This document shows, piece after piece, positions 53,084 to 63,187 of a stretch of 64,000 bases of DNA (within the stretch, counting starts at the first letter, position 1; every line of letters begins with the position of its first letter). The translations under genes were made by a program, and so were the position numbers. The DNA comes from Candidatus Omnitrophota bacterium (GTDB taxonomy: Bacteria > Omnitrophota > Omnitrophia > Omnitrophales > Aquincolibacteriaceae), in contig JBAYVF010000001.1 of NCBI GenBank assembly GCA_041674705.1, positions 1,238 through 65,237 on the forward strand, written 5' to 3'. Under the pieces are notes generated by a model that saw only the letters and a list, made by a program, of their open reading frames with translations, had not been told where the DNA came from and did not search any database.

Positions 53084-54205
53084 ATGAAAAAATTCGGATT
53101 TAAGTTCATTGCGAAGGACAAAAAGTGCGAGGCGCGGGTCGGGCGGGTGACGACGGCGCACGGGACTTTTGAGACGCCGGTCTTTATGCCGGTGGGGACT
53201 CAAGGGACGGTGAAAGCCGTGATGCCGCGCGATCTAAAAGAGGCGGGGTCGGAGATCATTCTTTCGAATGCTTACCATCTCTATATAAGGCCGGGTCTTG
53301 AGGTTATCCAAAAACTCAAAGGACTTCATAAATTCATGGCCTGGGACCGGCCGATCCTTACGGATAGCGGCGGGTATCAAGTGTTTTCTCTCAGTAAGCT
53401 CAGGAGCATCACCGAAGAAGGCGTGAAATTTAATTCCTATTTCGACGGGCGGGAGATCTTCCTGACGCCGGAGAAGGTGATGGAGATCCAGCAGGTGCTC
53501 GGGAGCGACATCGCCATGATCTTCGATGAATGCCCGGCCGCGAGCAAGGATAAACCCTCGATCGAAAAAGCCGTTAATATCACTCTGCGATGGTCGGCAA
53601 GAGCCAAAAAATGTCACAAGCTCAAATCGCAGGCGCTCTTTGGCATCATTCAAGGCGGGACGTTCAAGGACCTGAGAAGGGAATCGCTTGAACGGACGGT
53701 GGAGATCGGCTTTGATGGCTACGCGCTCGGGGGACTGAGCGTGGGTGAACCCAAACCCGAGATGCTTGAGGCGCTTACGGATATTTTGCCGAGAATGCCT
53801 GCCGACAAACCGCGCTATCTGATGGGCGTCGGAACTCCGGTCGATTTTTTTGAAGCCGTGGAGCGTGGGGCGGATATGTTTGATTGCGTGAACCCGACGC
53901 GCTATGGACGGAACGGCACAGCGTTCACGAGCGACGGACTTGTGGTCCTCCGGAACACGCGATATAAGGAAGACACCCAGCCGATCCAACGGGATTGTGA
54001 TTGTTATGCGTGCAAGAATTTCTCGCGGGCGTATCTCAGGCATCTGGTGAATAGTCACGAGATCCTGGGGGCTGAATTGATTACCTTGCATAATATCCAT
54101 TTTTTTGTAAACTTAGTGAAGTCGATGCGGGAAAAGATCCGAAAAGGGACCTTTCTTGCGTTCAAAAAGCAATTTTTAAACCGTTTTGATCCACACACAA
54201 GATAA
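53084..54205 (+). CDS. tgt: Queuine tRNA-ribosyltransferase
   Basis: GTFETPVFMPVGT, LTDSGGYQV, YALGGLSVGE, zinc site CDCYAC...H. Confidence 0.93.
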   Translation: MKKFGFKFIAKDKKCEARVGRVTTAHGTFETPVFMPVGTQGTVKAVMPRDLKEAGSEIILSNAYHLYIRPGLEVIQKLKGLHKFMAWDRPILTDSGGYQVFSLSKLRSITEEGVKFNSYFDGREIFLTPEKVMEIQQVLGSDIAMIFDECPAASKDKPSIEKAVNITLRWSARAKKCHKLKSQALFGIIQGGTFKDLRRESLERTVEIGFDGYALGGLSVGEPKPEMLEALTDILPRMPADKPRYLMGVGTPVDFFEAVERGADMFDCVNPTRYGRNGTAFTSDGLVVLRNTRYKEDTQPIQRDCDCYACKNFSRAYLRHLVNSHEILGAELITLHNIHFFVNLVKSMREKIRKGTFLAFKKQFLNRFDPHTR

Positions 54206-54216
54206 AGAGAGGTTTT

Positions 54217-54531
54217 ATGTTCGAATCTATTGCCTACGCCGCCGAAGCCGTTGAAGGAGCAGCACCCCAGGTCAATCCGTTAGTGCAGTTCATGCCCATC
54301 ATTCTCATGTTCGTGATCTTTTATTTCCTGCTCATCCGTCCCCAGCAGAAAAAAGCGAAGGCTCTTCAGGCCATGATCGCCGAGCTCAAAAAAGGGGACA
54401 AGGTGGTCACGACCGGTGGGATTCTCGGAACGATCTCAAGTATTCAGGATGATTATGCGGTTCTTACGGTGGGCGGTTCGGACACCAAGATCGAGGTTCT
54501 TAAAAGCGCGATCGCCGGGTTGCGCCAATAA
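54217..54531 (+). CDS. yajC: Preprotein translocase subunit YajC
   Basis: Single TM helix, then RPQQKKAK...LKKGDKVVTTGGILGTI. Classic position between tgt and secD. Confidence 0.88.
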   Translation: MFESIAYAAEAVEGAAPQVNPLVQFMPIILMFVIFYFLLIRPQQKKAKALQAMIAELKKGDKVVTTGGILGTISSIQDDYAVLTVGGSDTKIEVLKSAIAGLRQ

Positions 54532-54536
54532 AAAAG

Positions 54537-54600
54537 TTATAAGCGGTAAGCGAAAAGCGTTAAGAAAAACAACTTACCGTCTACCGCTTATCGCTTAACA
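54537..54600. repeat. TAAGCGGTAAGCG-word palindrome, copy 1
   Basis: ttataagcggtaagcgaaaagcgttaag-aaaaacaa-cttaccgtctaccgcttatcgcttaaca. Confidence 0.8.
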
Positions 54601-54617
54601 CTAATCAAGGAGTTCAC

Positions 54618-56792
54618 ATGGATAAATATTATAAATGGAAAGTACTTCTAATCATCGGCCTCGTCGCTTTTTCTCTCTGGAAGGTCTACCCTCCGAGTCA
54701 GACGATCAACCTGGGGCTCGATCTCCAGGGCGGTGTCCAACTACTCCTTCAGGTGGATATGGACAAGGTCCCCGAAGAAGCGCGCAAGGATGTGACTGCG
54801 CGCGTGGCGGAGATCATCCGTAACCGCATTGATGAATTCGGCGTCAAGGAACCGGAGATCACCACCCAGGGCAGGGATCAGGTCGTGGTGAAGTTGCCGG
54901 GCGTAACGGACCGTGAACGCGCCAAGGAGATCGCCGGCAAGGCGGCCCATCTGGAATTCAAGATCGTGTCGGAAGATATGGATCTGATCCAGAAGGCAGA
55001 AGCCGGAACGATCCCTCCTGGATTTGAATACAAGAAGGTCAAGGGAAGTCCGAATGAGGAAATGGTGTTGCTGGCGCTTCTGCCGGTGTTGACCGGGGAG
55101 CATCTGACGACCGCTTCTGTCGGATTTGACCAGTATGGTTCAGCGATCGTCCAGCTGACGCTTGACCGTGAAGGCGGCAAGATCTTCGACAAGGTGACGT
55201 TCCAGAATATCGGCAAGCGTCTTGCCATCGTGATGGACGGTCAGGTTTATTCCGCGCCGGTGATCCGTGACAGGATCCCGAACGGCAAGGCCCAGATCTC
55301 CGGGAATTTCAAGGCCTCGGAAGCCGCGGATCTCGCGCTTGTGCTTCGCGCCGGCGCGCTCCCTGCGCCTGTAACGATCGTGGAAGAACGGACCATCGGG
55401 CCGAGTCTCGGTAAAGATTCGATCGATAGCGGTATTCGCGCCAGCTTTTTCGGCGTTCTTTTTGTCATCGTGTTCATGCCGGTCTATTATCTTTTGTGCG
55501 GCTGGATCGCGAACCTCGGGTTGCTCGTCTATGTGATCCTTGTCGCCGGAGCTATGGCGGCTTTCGGATCGACCCTGACTCTTCCCGGTATCGCGGGGTT
55601 TATTCTGTCCATCGGCATGGCGGTGGATGCCAACGTGCTGATCTTCGAAAGAATGCGCGAAGAAACGGCAACAGGGAAAACCGCGCGCGCCGTGGTGTCG
55701 GCCGGCTTTCACCGCGCTCTTTCAGCTATTCTCGATTCGAACGTGACGACCTTGATCACCGCGGTCCTGCTTTTTATTTTCGGGACCGGGCCGATCCAGG
55801 GCTTTGCCGTGACACTCTCGATCGGTCTTCTCGCGAGTCTTTTTTCGTCGATCTTCGTGACCCGTGTGATCTTTGACTACATCGTCAAGAAGAACCCGAA
55901 CAAGGTTTTCAAGATGTTCGAGCTTTTCAAGAGTCCGAACATCCCGTTCCTGAAGAAACGTTTCTGGGCTTACGGGTTTTCCGTGATCTGTTTGGGGCTC
56001 GGGATCTTTGCGCTTGTGGCGCGCGGGACCGAGAATTATGGCGTGGAGTTTACGGGGGGCACGCTGGTTCAGGTAGAGTTCAAGGCCGATCCGGATCAAG
56101 CGAAGTTCAGGTCCGAACTCGAAAAACAGGGGCTCAAATCCCTGACGCTGCAACATATGGGGGATGCCAAGAGCCATCAGTTTATTGTCAAGATGGCGGA
56201 AGGAAATCCTTCCAAGGTAAGTGCTGCCGCGGAAGCGACGGCGGGCAAAGATTCCTACGAGATCCGGAAGGTCGACCAGGTCGGCCCTTCGGTGAGCGGC
56301 AGTCTTCGTGACAAGGCGCTTTGGGCGATTATCTGGTCATGGCTTGGGATCCTGATCTATGTTGGATGGCGGTTTGAATGGAAGTTCGCCACGGCGGCAG
56401 TGGTCGCGCTTGTGCATGATACGCTTTTTGCTTTTGGGGTCTATGCTCTCTCCGGCCGGGAGATCAACCTCGCAACGGTGGCGGCGATCATGACGATCAT
56501 CGGTTTTTCCGTGAACGATACCATCGTGATCTTTGACCGGGTCCGGGATAACGTCAAGCTCATGCGCAAAACGCCCTTTATGGATATCGTGAACTTGAGC
56601 GTCAACCAATGTTTAAGCCGGACAGCTCTGACGACCCTGACCGTGTTGTTCGGGTCCTTGTCGCTGCTTTTCTTTGGGGGCCCCGCGATCGCGGATTTTG
56701 CGTTCATCCTGACCATCGGGTTTATCGTCGGTACGTATTCTACCGTTTTTGTGGCTTCGTCTTTGGTGGTGGACTGGAAAGCGCACAAGTAA
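54618..56792 (+). CDS. secDF: Fused protein translocase subunit SecDF
   Basis: SecD periplasmic domain plus a 6-TM region (GPSLGKDSI...), followed by a SecF half (GVEFTGGT...) in a single 724-aa ORF. Confidence 0.9.
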   Translation: MDKYYKWKVLLIIGLVAFSLWKVYPPSQTINLGLDLQGGVQLLLQVDMDKVPEEARKDVTARVAEIIRNRIDEFGVKEPEITTQGRDQVVVKLPGVTDRERAKEIAGKAAHLEFKIVSEDMDLIQKAEAGTIPPGFEYKKVKGSPNEEMVLLALLPVLTGEHLTTASVGFDQYGSAIVQLTLDREGGKIFDKVTFQNIGKRLAIVMDGQVYSAPVIRDRIPNGKAQISGNFKASEAADLALVLRAGALPAPVTIVEERTIGPSLGKDSIDSGIRASFFGVLFVIVFMPVYYLLCGWIANLGLLVYVILVAGAMAAFGSTLTLPGIAGFILSIGMAVDANVLIFERMREETATGKTARAVVSAGFHRALSAILDSNVTTLITAVLLFIFGTGPIQGFAVTLSIGLLASLFSSIFVTRVIFDYIVKKNPNKVFKMFELFKSPNIPFLKKRFWAYGFSVICLGLGIFALVARGTENYGVEFTGGTLVQVEFKADPDQAKFRSELEKQGLKSLTLQHMGDAKSHQFIVKMAEGNPSKVSAAAEATAGKDSYEIRKVDQVGPSVSGSLRDKALWAIIWSWLGILIYVGWRFEWKFATAAVVALVHDTLFAFGVYALSGREINLATVAAIMTIIGFSVNDTIVIFDRVRDNVKLMRKTPFMDIVNLSVNQCLSRTALTTLTVLFGSLSLLFFGGPAIADFAFILTIGFIVGTYSTVFVASSLVVDWKAHK

Positions 56793-56856
56793 GCGTTAGG
56801 CGGTAAGCGTAAAGCGTTAAGAAGAACAACTTACCGCCTGACGCTTACCGCTTATC
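56789..56856. repeat. TAAGCGGTAAGCG-word palindrome, copy 2
   Basis: gtaagcgttaggcggtaagcgtaaagcgttaag-aagaacaa-cttaccgcctgacgcttaccgcttatc. Confidence 0.8.
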
Positions 56857-56870
56857 ACCGGTCAGTCTCC

Positions 56871-58538
56871 ATGCCATATACATCAGGTTCCGCTCGATAT
56901 TCTCCCGCTTTTCTTAAACTCCTCGCCAAACGCGGCTTCACGGATGATCTCGCGATAGAAGCTTTCCTCTTTTCCGGTCTCTCCTCGCTTCACGATCCTT
57001 TCCTGATGAAGAATATGGAGGAAGTGAAAGCCCGCATCGAAAAAGCCGTTCAGGCTCATGAAAAGATCCTGATCCACGGCGATTATGATGTCGACGGGAT
57101 CACCGGCGTCGCGGTCCTGGCGCGGACGCTTGAAAAACTTGGCGGAGCATGCACGACCTTTCTACCGGAGCGCGAACGCGACGGCTACGGCGTGAGCGAA
57201 GCTGCGATCCATAAGGCAAAAGAAGAAGGCGTGAGCCTCATCGTGACGGTCGATTGCGGGATCACGGCCAAAAAAGAAATCGAGATCGCCCGCGCTCACG
57301 GTATGGATGTGATCGTGATCGACCACCACCGGTTGCCTGCCGACGGACTTCCCGACACGCATCTTATTCTGAACCCGCTTCAGGAGGATTGTCCGTACCC
57401 CTTTAAAGATCTCTCGGCGGCAGGGCTGGCATTCAAATTAAGCCAGGCCTTGACCGGAGACGCGGCCTTCGAGCATTTGGATCTTGTGGCGCTCTCCACG
57501 ATCAGCGATATTGCGCCTCTCACGGGAGAAAATCGCATCCTTGTAAAAAAGGGGCTGGACATGCTTTCCGAACGGAAAAATCTCGGGATCCGGGCGTTGG
57601 CGGAAGTTGCCAAGATGAAAGCCTCCCAGGTCAATACCGGCCACGTCGGTTTCATCCTTGGTCCGCGGCTGAATGCGGCGGGACGGATGAGTTCCGCGGA
57701 TACGGCGCTTCAACTCTTGCTGACAAAAATTCCTCGTGAAGCGGAAAGCCTTGCGAAGATCCTGGACGCGGAGAACAAGGCCCGTCAGAAAATGGAGCGG
57801 GAGACGACCCAGGAAGCGATGCGCAAGGTCGAACAGACGGTGAATTTCAATCGTGAACGCGTGATCGTGGTGGACGGCCCGGGTTGGCACCGCGGTGTGA
57901 TCGGGATCGCGGCTTCGCGTCTCGTGGAAAAGTACGAGCGTCCGGCGATCGTGATCTCGGTGGAAAAAGGCGTCGGCCGCGGTTCCGGCCGTTCTATTAA
58001 AAGTTTTCATCTCTTTAACGCCCTGCGTTCCTGCGAAGCGGTCCTCGAGGAATTCGGGGGACATGCGCAGGCGGCCGGCATTACGATCGCGGAAAAAAAT
58101 ATCCCGCTTTTACGCGAAAAGATCAATGCCTTCGCGCTCGAGCATCTTCCTTCTGAGGAATTGAAGCGGCATGTCTCTGTGGATATGGATTTAAGGCTTA
58201 AGGAACTGACGAGCCATTTTCTTGAGGAACTCGAACTTTTGGAGCCGCACGGGGTCGGGAATCCACGGCCTGTATTCCAGACAGACGATCTTCAGTTAAG
58301 ATCAAAGCCGAAACGTCTTTATGGCGAGACTTATGAAGCGGTCTTCACAGATGGCCTCATGAACTATCAAGCTCATCTCAATGAAAAACAGATGCTTCTC
58401 TGCGCGACCTCCGGCGCCGCGACACGTTTTGAGGCGGCCTATTCCGTGAAAACCAAACAGTGGAATGGTCTCGCAACGCTCGTTCTGAATATCAAGGACA
58501 TCCACCTCGCGCAAGACACAAACACCAAGAAACAATGA
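56871..58538 (+). CDS. recJ: Single-stranded-DNA-specific exonuclease RecJ
   Basis: DHH-family motifs HGDYDVDGITG, VTVDCG, VIDHH; DHHA1 motif GGHAQAAG. Confidence 0.9.
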   Translation: MPYTSGSARYSPAFLKLLAKRGFTDDLAIEAFLFSGLSSLHDPFLMKNMEEVKARIEKAVQAHEKILIHGDYDVDGITGVAVLARTLEKLGGACTTFLPERERDGYGVSEAAIHKAKEEGVSLIVTVDCGITAKKEIEIARAHGMDVIVIDHHRLPADGLPDTHLILNPLQEDCPYPFKDLSAAGLAFKLSQALTGDAAFEHLDLVALSTISDIAPLTGENRILVKKGLDMLSERKNLGIRALAEVAKMKASQVNTGHVGFILGPRLNAAGRMSSADTALQLLLTKIPREAESLAKILDAENKARQKMERETTQEAMRKVEQTVNFNRERVIVVDGPGWHRGVIGIAASRLVEKYERPAIVISVEKGVGRGSGRSIKSFHLFNALRSCEAVLEEFGGHAQAAGITIAEKNIPLLREKINAFALEHLPSEELKRHVSVDMDLRLKELTSHFLEELELLEPHGVGNPRPVFQTDDLQLRSKPKRLYGETYEAVFTDGLMNYQAHLNEKQMLLCATSGAATRFEAAYSVKTKQWNGLATLVLNIKDIHLAQDTNTKKQ

Positions 58539-58618
58539 CCAAGCAATAGCCAATAACCAAAAATTTTAATATTGGTGATTGGAATTTATTTGGTTATTGT
58601 ACCTTGGGTATTGGAATT
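58519..58618. repeat. CCAA/TTGG palindrome family, copy 4 (the left arm supplies the last recJ codons)
   Basis: caaacaccaagaaacaatgaccaagcaatagccaataaccaa ... attggtgattggaatttatttggttattgtaccttgggtattggaa. Confidence 0.8.
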
Positions 58619-58628
58619 TTGCCGCGCG

Positions 58629-58892
58629 TTAGGCAGCAGGCGTGGCGACGTAAGAACGACGGGAAGGAGCCTTTTTGACTTTTCCGGCCTTCAAACAGCT
58701 CACACAGACATTAATGCGGCGCACCGTTCCATTCAGAAAGACGGCTTTCACCTTCTGGATGTTCGGGTAGAAGCGCCGGCGCGTAATGCCGGAGATCTTT
58801 TTACCGATGCCGCCCGTCTTTTTTGCGAGACCACGACGAACGATCGAATTGCCGGTCAAAGGCTTCTTATTGCAGATGGCACATTTTCTCAT
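58629..58892 (-). CDS. rpmB: 50S ribosomal protein L28
   Basis: MRKCAICNKKPLTGNSIV...RRFYPNIQ. The track ORF is extended 33 codons upstream without support. Confidence 0.85.
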   Translation of the reverse strand: MRKCAICNKKPLTGNSIVRRGLAKKTGGIGKKISGITRRRFYPNIQKVKAVFLNGTVRRINVCVSCLKAGKVKKAPSRRSYVATPAA

Positions 58893-59012
58893 AGGCCGGC
58901 TATTATAGTGAGGAGATGTTTCTTGGCAAGCGGTTTTTTCTGATATATACTCCCCTCGCTGCAGTTTTTTTATGCGTATTTTCCATCTCACTCAACGAAA
59001 AAGGAGTTCATT

Positions 59013-59318
59013 ATGGCAAAGTTAGCGACGAAATGCTGCTCCGGTACCGTTACCTGCGATCAAGGGATCGATTTCAAATTCTACGCTCCTCAGGCCAAAA
59101 AGGTCGAGCTCGGCGGAGATTTCAATGGCTGGAAAGCGAACAAGACCCCCCTGAAGAAAGATGCGACCGGGAACTGGAAGACGTCCCTGAAGCTTAAGGC
59201 CGGGCGTTATCAGTATCGCTATCTCGTGGACGGGGTCTGGCAAAACGCGCAGGAGCCGGTCGAATGCGTTCCCAACGCTTTCGGCAGCTGGAATTGCGTT
59301 GTCGAAGTCGCGAAATAA
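59013..59318 (+). CDS. Small CBM48 / AMPK-beta glycogen-binding-domain protein
   Basis: FKFYAPQAKKVELGGDFNGWKANKTPLKKDATGNWKTSLKLKAGRYQYRYLVDGVW. Confidence 0.75.
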   Translation: MAKLATKCCSGTVTCDQGIDFKFYAPQAKKVELGGDFNGWKANKTPLKKDATGNWKTSLKLKAGRYQYRYLVDGVWQNAQEPVECVPNAFGSWNCVVEVAK

Positions 59319-59340
59319 GACGGCGCGCTCTTAGCTTCCT

Positions 59341-60813
59341 TTGAAGATCCTTTTTATCAGTTCCGAAATGGCCCCCTTCGCCAAGACAGGGGGTCTCGGG
59401 GACGTTGTTGGTTCTCTCGCCCATGCGGTCCGCGCCTTAGGCCATGAAGTATCGGTCTTCTTGCCGCGCTACCGCTCGATCGATATCCAACAGTGGGAAC
59501 TCGAAACCGCGGTCGATTATTTTGAATTGATCGTCGGGAACCAGCTCGAGGCCACGCGCGTTTTTTCAAAAAAACTCGATAATGGGGTCAAAGTCTATTT
59601 CATCGAGCATCCCGATTATTTCATGCGTGAGGAACTTTACGGGACGCTTGTGGGGGACTACCAGGACAACGACCGCCGGTTTATTTATTTCCAGCGCGCC
59701 GCGCTCAAGGCCGCCGAGAAATTAAAACTGGCGCCGGACATTGTCCATTGCCATGATTGGCAAACCGGTCTTGTTCCGGCGTATCTCAAGATCACGGAAA
59801 CGGGCTACCCGCCTTTTCATAAAGCGCGGAGCATTTTCACGGTCCATAACCTTGCGTACCAGGGAAATTTCCCGCCGGATTCTTTTCCGGCCACCGGTTT
59901 TGGCTGGGAGCTTTACAAGTCCGATTTTCTGGAATTCTACGGCAAGTTCAGTTTTATGAAAAGCGGCCTGGTGTTTGCCGATGCCGTGACCGCGGTCAGC
60001 GAGCGCTACAGCCGCGAGATCCAGACGAAGGAATTTGGGTGCGGGATGGAAGGGGTGATCGCCGCGCGCAAGGACAGCGTGACAGGGATCATCAACGGGA
60101 TCGACCCGAAGGATTGGGACCCGGCGACCGATCCGGACATTGACGCGACTTACGATCTTAAAAATCTTTCCGGGAAAAAAATCAATAAAGCCGCGCTCCA
60201 GAAGGAGAACGGTTTCAAGGTTGACCCGAATGTTCCTCTTCTGGGTTTTGTGGCGCGTCTCGTGGACCAGAAGGGATTGAATATCCTGGTTCCGGTGCTG
60301 GAGCAGCTTTCCCAGCAGCAGGATGTTCAAATGGTGTTGCTCGGGACCGGTGAAGAACAATACCATCAGATCCTCCGGGACCTGGCGAAGAAAAATAAAA
60401 AGTGGTTCGGGGTCCATATCCTGTTCGACCCGAAGATGGCTAAAAAGATCTACGCGGGTTCCGATATGTTGCTCATCCCTTCTTATTATGAGCCTTGCGG
60501 GCTGGGGCAGATCATCGGATTGCGTTACGGCACCGTTCCGATCGTTCGCGCCACGGGCGGTCTGGCGGACACGATCCAGGATTTTGAACCTGCGTCGCAG
60601 CAGGGGAATGGGTTTATTTTTGAGGATTACACGAGCGATGCGCTGCACGCGGCCCTGCTTCGCGCGGTGAAGACCTTCAAGCAGGAGAAGCTTTGGAAGG
60701 CCCTCGTGAAAAATGCCATGGAAAGCGATTTTTCATGGAACGCGTCGGCCAGGAAATACGAAAAGCTGTACGAAACCGTGAAGCGGCGTCCTTTTAAGAT
60801 CGAGAAAAATTAA
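59341..60813 (+). CDS. glgA: Glycogen synthase (paralog 2)
   Basis: FISSEMAPFAKTGGLGDV, HCHDWQTGL, ARLVDQKG, EPCGLGQ. TTG start. Confidence 0.9.
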   Translation: MKILFISSEMAPFAKTGGLGDVVGSLAHAVRALGHEVSVFLPRYRSIDIQQWELETAVDYFELIVGNQLEATRVFSKKLDNGVKVYFIEHPDYFMREELYGTLVGDYQDNDRRFIYFQRAALKAAEKLKLAPDIVHCHDWQTGLVPAYLKITETGYPPFHKARSIFTVHNLAYQGNFPPDSFPATGFGWELYKSDFLEFYGKFSFMKSGLVFADAVTAVSERYSREIQTKEFGCGMEGVIAARKDSVTGIINGIDPKDWDPATDPDIDATYDLKNLSGKKINKAALQKENGFKVDPNVPLLGFVARLVDQKGLNILVPVLEQLSQQQDVQMVLLGTGEEQYHQILRDLAKKNKKWFGVHILFDPKMAKKIYAGSDMLLIPSYYEPCGLGQIIGLRYGTVPIVRATGGLADTIQDFEPASQQGNGFIFEDYTSDALHAALLRAVKTFKQEKLWKALVKNAMESDFSWNASARKYEKLYETVKRRPFKIEKN

Positions 60814-60864
60814 AAATAGTCCGCGGTCCCTCCGGACCCCGGACTTTAACCCGAGAGAAATACT

Positions 60865-61935
60865 ATGCCGAAAATAATTGTTTTTCCGGGAGATGGGATC
60901 GGGCCTGAAGTGACCGCGCAGGCGATGCGGGTGCTTGCCAAAGCCGCGACAATTTCAAATCTCAAATTTGAGATCACGGAATTGCTGGCCGGCGGCGCGT
61001 CGATCGACAAACACGGTATTCCGCTGACGCCGGAAGCGCTTCTTGCGGCGCAAAAGTCGGATGCAGTGTTCCTGGGCGCTGTGGGCGGTCCTAAATGGGA
61101 TAGCCTGCCCTCCGATAAAAGGCCTGAAAAAGGATTGCTGGGGCTGCGTAAGGGGCTCAACGCCTTCGCGAATCTCCGCCCTGTAAAAATGTTCCCACAG
61201 CTTGAGATGCGTTCTCCGCTCAAGCAGGAGATCGTCAAGGGACTCGATTTCCTCATCCTCCGGGAACTCGTGAGCGGGGTTTATTTTGGAACACCGCGTG
61301 GGATCGAAAAACTTCCGAACGGAGAAGAACGTGGATTCAATACCATGGCCTACACAACCTCTGAGATCAAACGGATCGCGAAAATGGCTTTCGAGCTGTC
61401 GCGGAAGCGCCGGAAGAAAGTCACCTCGGTGGATAAGGCCAATGTGCTTGAGGTGAGCCAGCTTTGGCGCAAGGTCGTGATCGAAGTCGCCAAAGACTAT
61501 CCGGATGTAGAGCTCAATCACCGGTATGTGGATGATTGCGCGATGCAGCTCATTCGTGAGCCCAAGCAATTTGATGTGATCGTGACGAGTAATCTCTTCG
61601 GGGATATTCTAAGCGACGAGTCCGCCATGCTGACGGGCTCGATCGGGATGTTGCCCTCGGCCTCGGTCGGGGACAAAGTGGCCATGTACGAACCCGTGCA
61701 CGGTTCGGCTCCGGACATCGCGGGAAAAGATATGGGAAATCCCTTGGCCACCATTCTTTCGGTGGCGATGATGCTGGAATACAGCTTCCATCAGCCCAAA
61801 GCCGCAAGGGCGATCGAACATGCGGTGGAACAAGTGCTCGCGGACGGTTACCGTACGGCGGACATTTATTCTGAAGGCTCGACCAAGGTGGGCTGCTCAA
61901 AAATGGGCGACCTGGTCGTGGAGCGGATAGCGTAA
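60865..61935 (+). CDS. leuB: 3-isopropylmalate dehydrogenase
   Basis: [44 protein letters not shown]. Confidence 0.93.
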   Translation: MPKIIVFPGDGIGPEVTAQAMRVLAKAATISNLKFEITELLAGGASIDKHGIPLTPEALLAAQKSDAVFLGAVGGPKWDSLPSDKRPEKGLLGLRKGLNAFANLRPVKMFPQLEMRSPLKQEIVKGLDFLILRELVSGVYFGTPRGIEKLPNGEERGFNTMAYTTSEIKRIAKMAFELSRKRRKKVTSVDKANVLEVSQLWRKVVIEVAKDYPDVELNHRYVDDCAMQLIREPKQFDVIVTSNLFGDILSDESAMLTGSIGMLPSASVGDKVAMYEPVHGSAPDIAGKDMGNPLATILSVAMMLEYSFHQPKAARAIEHAVEQVLADGYRTADIYSEGSTKVGCSKMGDLVVERIA

Positions 61936-61944
61936 TTGGACGAA

Positions 61945-62085
61945 TGGCAAATAACCAAACACCAAGAGACAATTACCAAACAAATACCAATCTTCAAACT
62001 CCAATAAAAAATATGCGCGATCATTTGTAATTGATTTTTTGTTAATTGGTTATTGTTTGTTTCTTGTATCTTGGCCATTGGGATT
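61945..62085. repeat. CCAA/TTGG palindrome family, copy 5
   Basis: ggcaaataaccaaacaccaagagacaattaccaaacaaataccaatcttcaaactccaat ... aattggttattgtttgtttcttgtatcttggccattggga. Confidence 0.8.
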
Positions 62086-62101
62086 TTAAGAAAGGAAATA
62101 T

Positions 62102-63118
62102 TTGAATATGAAAAAACTTAAAGTTGCAATATTGGGAGTGACCGGCGCAGTGGGGCAGGAACTTTTAGCCATTCTTGAAGAGCGGAAGTTCCCGTTCGCC
62201 GAACTCAAGATGCTCGCGTCCGGGCGTTCCGCCGGAAAGAAGATGCAGTTTATGGGAAAGACGTACAACATAGAGGAAGCGACCCCGGACTCTTTCAAGG
62301 GGCTCGACCTTGTGCTGGCGAGCGCAGGGGGCTCGATCTCGAAAGCGCTTGCCCCGTATGCGGTAAAGGCCGGAGCGCTTGTGGTGGATAACACCAGCGC
62401 GTTCCGCATGGACCCGGAAGTGCCGCTTGTGGTGCCCGAGATCAATCCCGGGGATATCGCGAAGCACAAAGGGATCATCGCAAATCCGAACTGCTCCACC
62501 ATCATCGCGCTTGTCCCTCTTTGGCCGATCCACAAGGCCGTCAAGATCAAACGCTTTATTGCGGCGACCTACCAGGCCGCGAGCGGCGCCGGCGCGAAGG
62601 CGATGGAAGAACTGAAGATCCAGGCCGAGGATTTTCTGGCCGGGAGACCTGTTAAGAAAAATGTCCTGCCGCATCAGATCGCGTTCAACGTGTTTTCGCA
62701 TAATTCCAAGATCGGACCGGACGGCTATAACGAGGAAGAGACCAAAATGGTGAAGGAGACCCGGAAGATCTTCCACGATCCGGATATCCGGATCTCCGCG
62801 ACCTGCGTGCGCGTGCCGGTCCTCCGGGCGCATTCCGAAGCGCTCAATATCGAGACCGAAAAACCGATCACGGTGGAGGAAGCGCGGGCCCTTCTGGCGA
62901 AAGCCCCGGGCGTGAAGATCGTTGATGACCGCGAAAAGAATTATTTCCCGATGCCGCTTGAAACGACGGGGCAGGACGATATTTTTGTCGGCCGTCTGCG
63001 TATCGATCCGTCTGTGAAAAACGGTCTCGCGATGTTCGTCTCAGGCGACCAGATCCGCAAAGGCGCCGCGACGAATGCCGTCCAGATCGCCGAGCTTGCT
63101 TTTGCAAGCTGGCAGTAA
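62102..63118 (+). CDS. asd: Aspartate-semialdehyde dehydrogenase
   Basis: VAILGVTGAVGQ; active-site Cys in IIANPNCSTI. An alternative ATG start lies at 62108. Confidence 0.92.
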   Translation: MNMKKLKVAILGVTGAVGQELLAILEERKFPFAELKMLASGRSAGKKMQFMGKTYNIEEATPDSFKGLDLVLASAGGSISKALAPYAVKAGALVVDNTSAFRMDPEVPLVVPEINPGDIAKHKGIIANPNCSTIIALVPLWPIHKAVKIKRFIAATYQAASGAGAKAMEELKIQAEDFLAGRPVKKNVLPHQIAFNVFSHNSKIGPDGYNEEETKMVKETRKIFHDPDIRISATCVRVPVLRAHSEALNIETEKPITVEEARALLAKAPGVKIVDDREKNYFPMPLETTGQDDIFVGRLRIDPSVKNGLAMFVSGDQIRKGAATNAVQIAELAFASWQ

Positions 63119-63180
63119 GCGTTAAGCGGTAAGGGATAAGAAAAAAGCTTTTACTTACCGCCTATCGCTTTTTGCTTAAA
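63115..63180. repeat. TAAGCGGTAAGCG-word palindrome, copy 3
   Basis: gtaagcgttaagcggtaagggataag-aaaaaagctttta-cttaccgcctatcgctttttgcttaaagc. Confidence 0.75.
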
Positions 63181-63187
63181 GCTTAAA

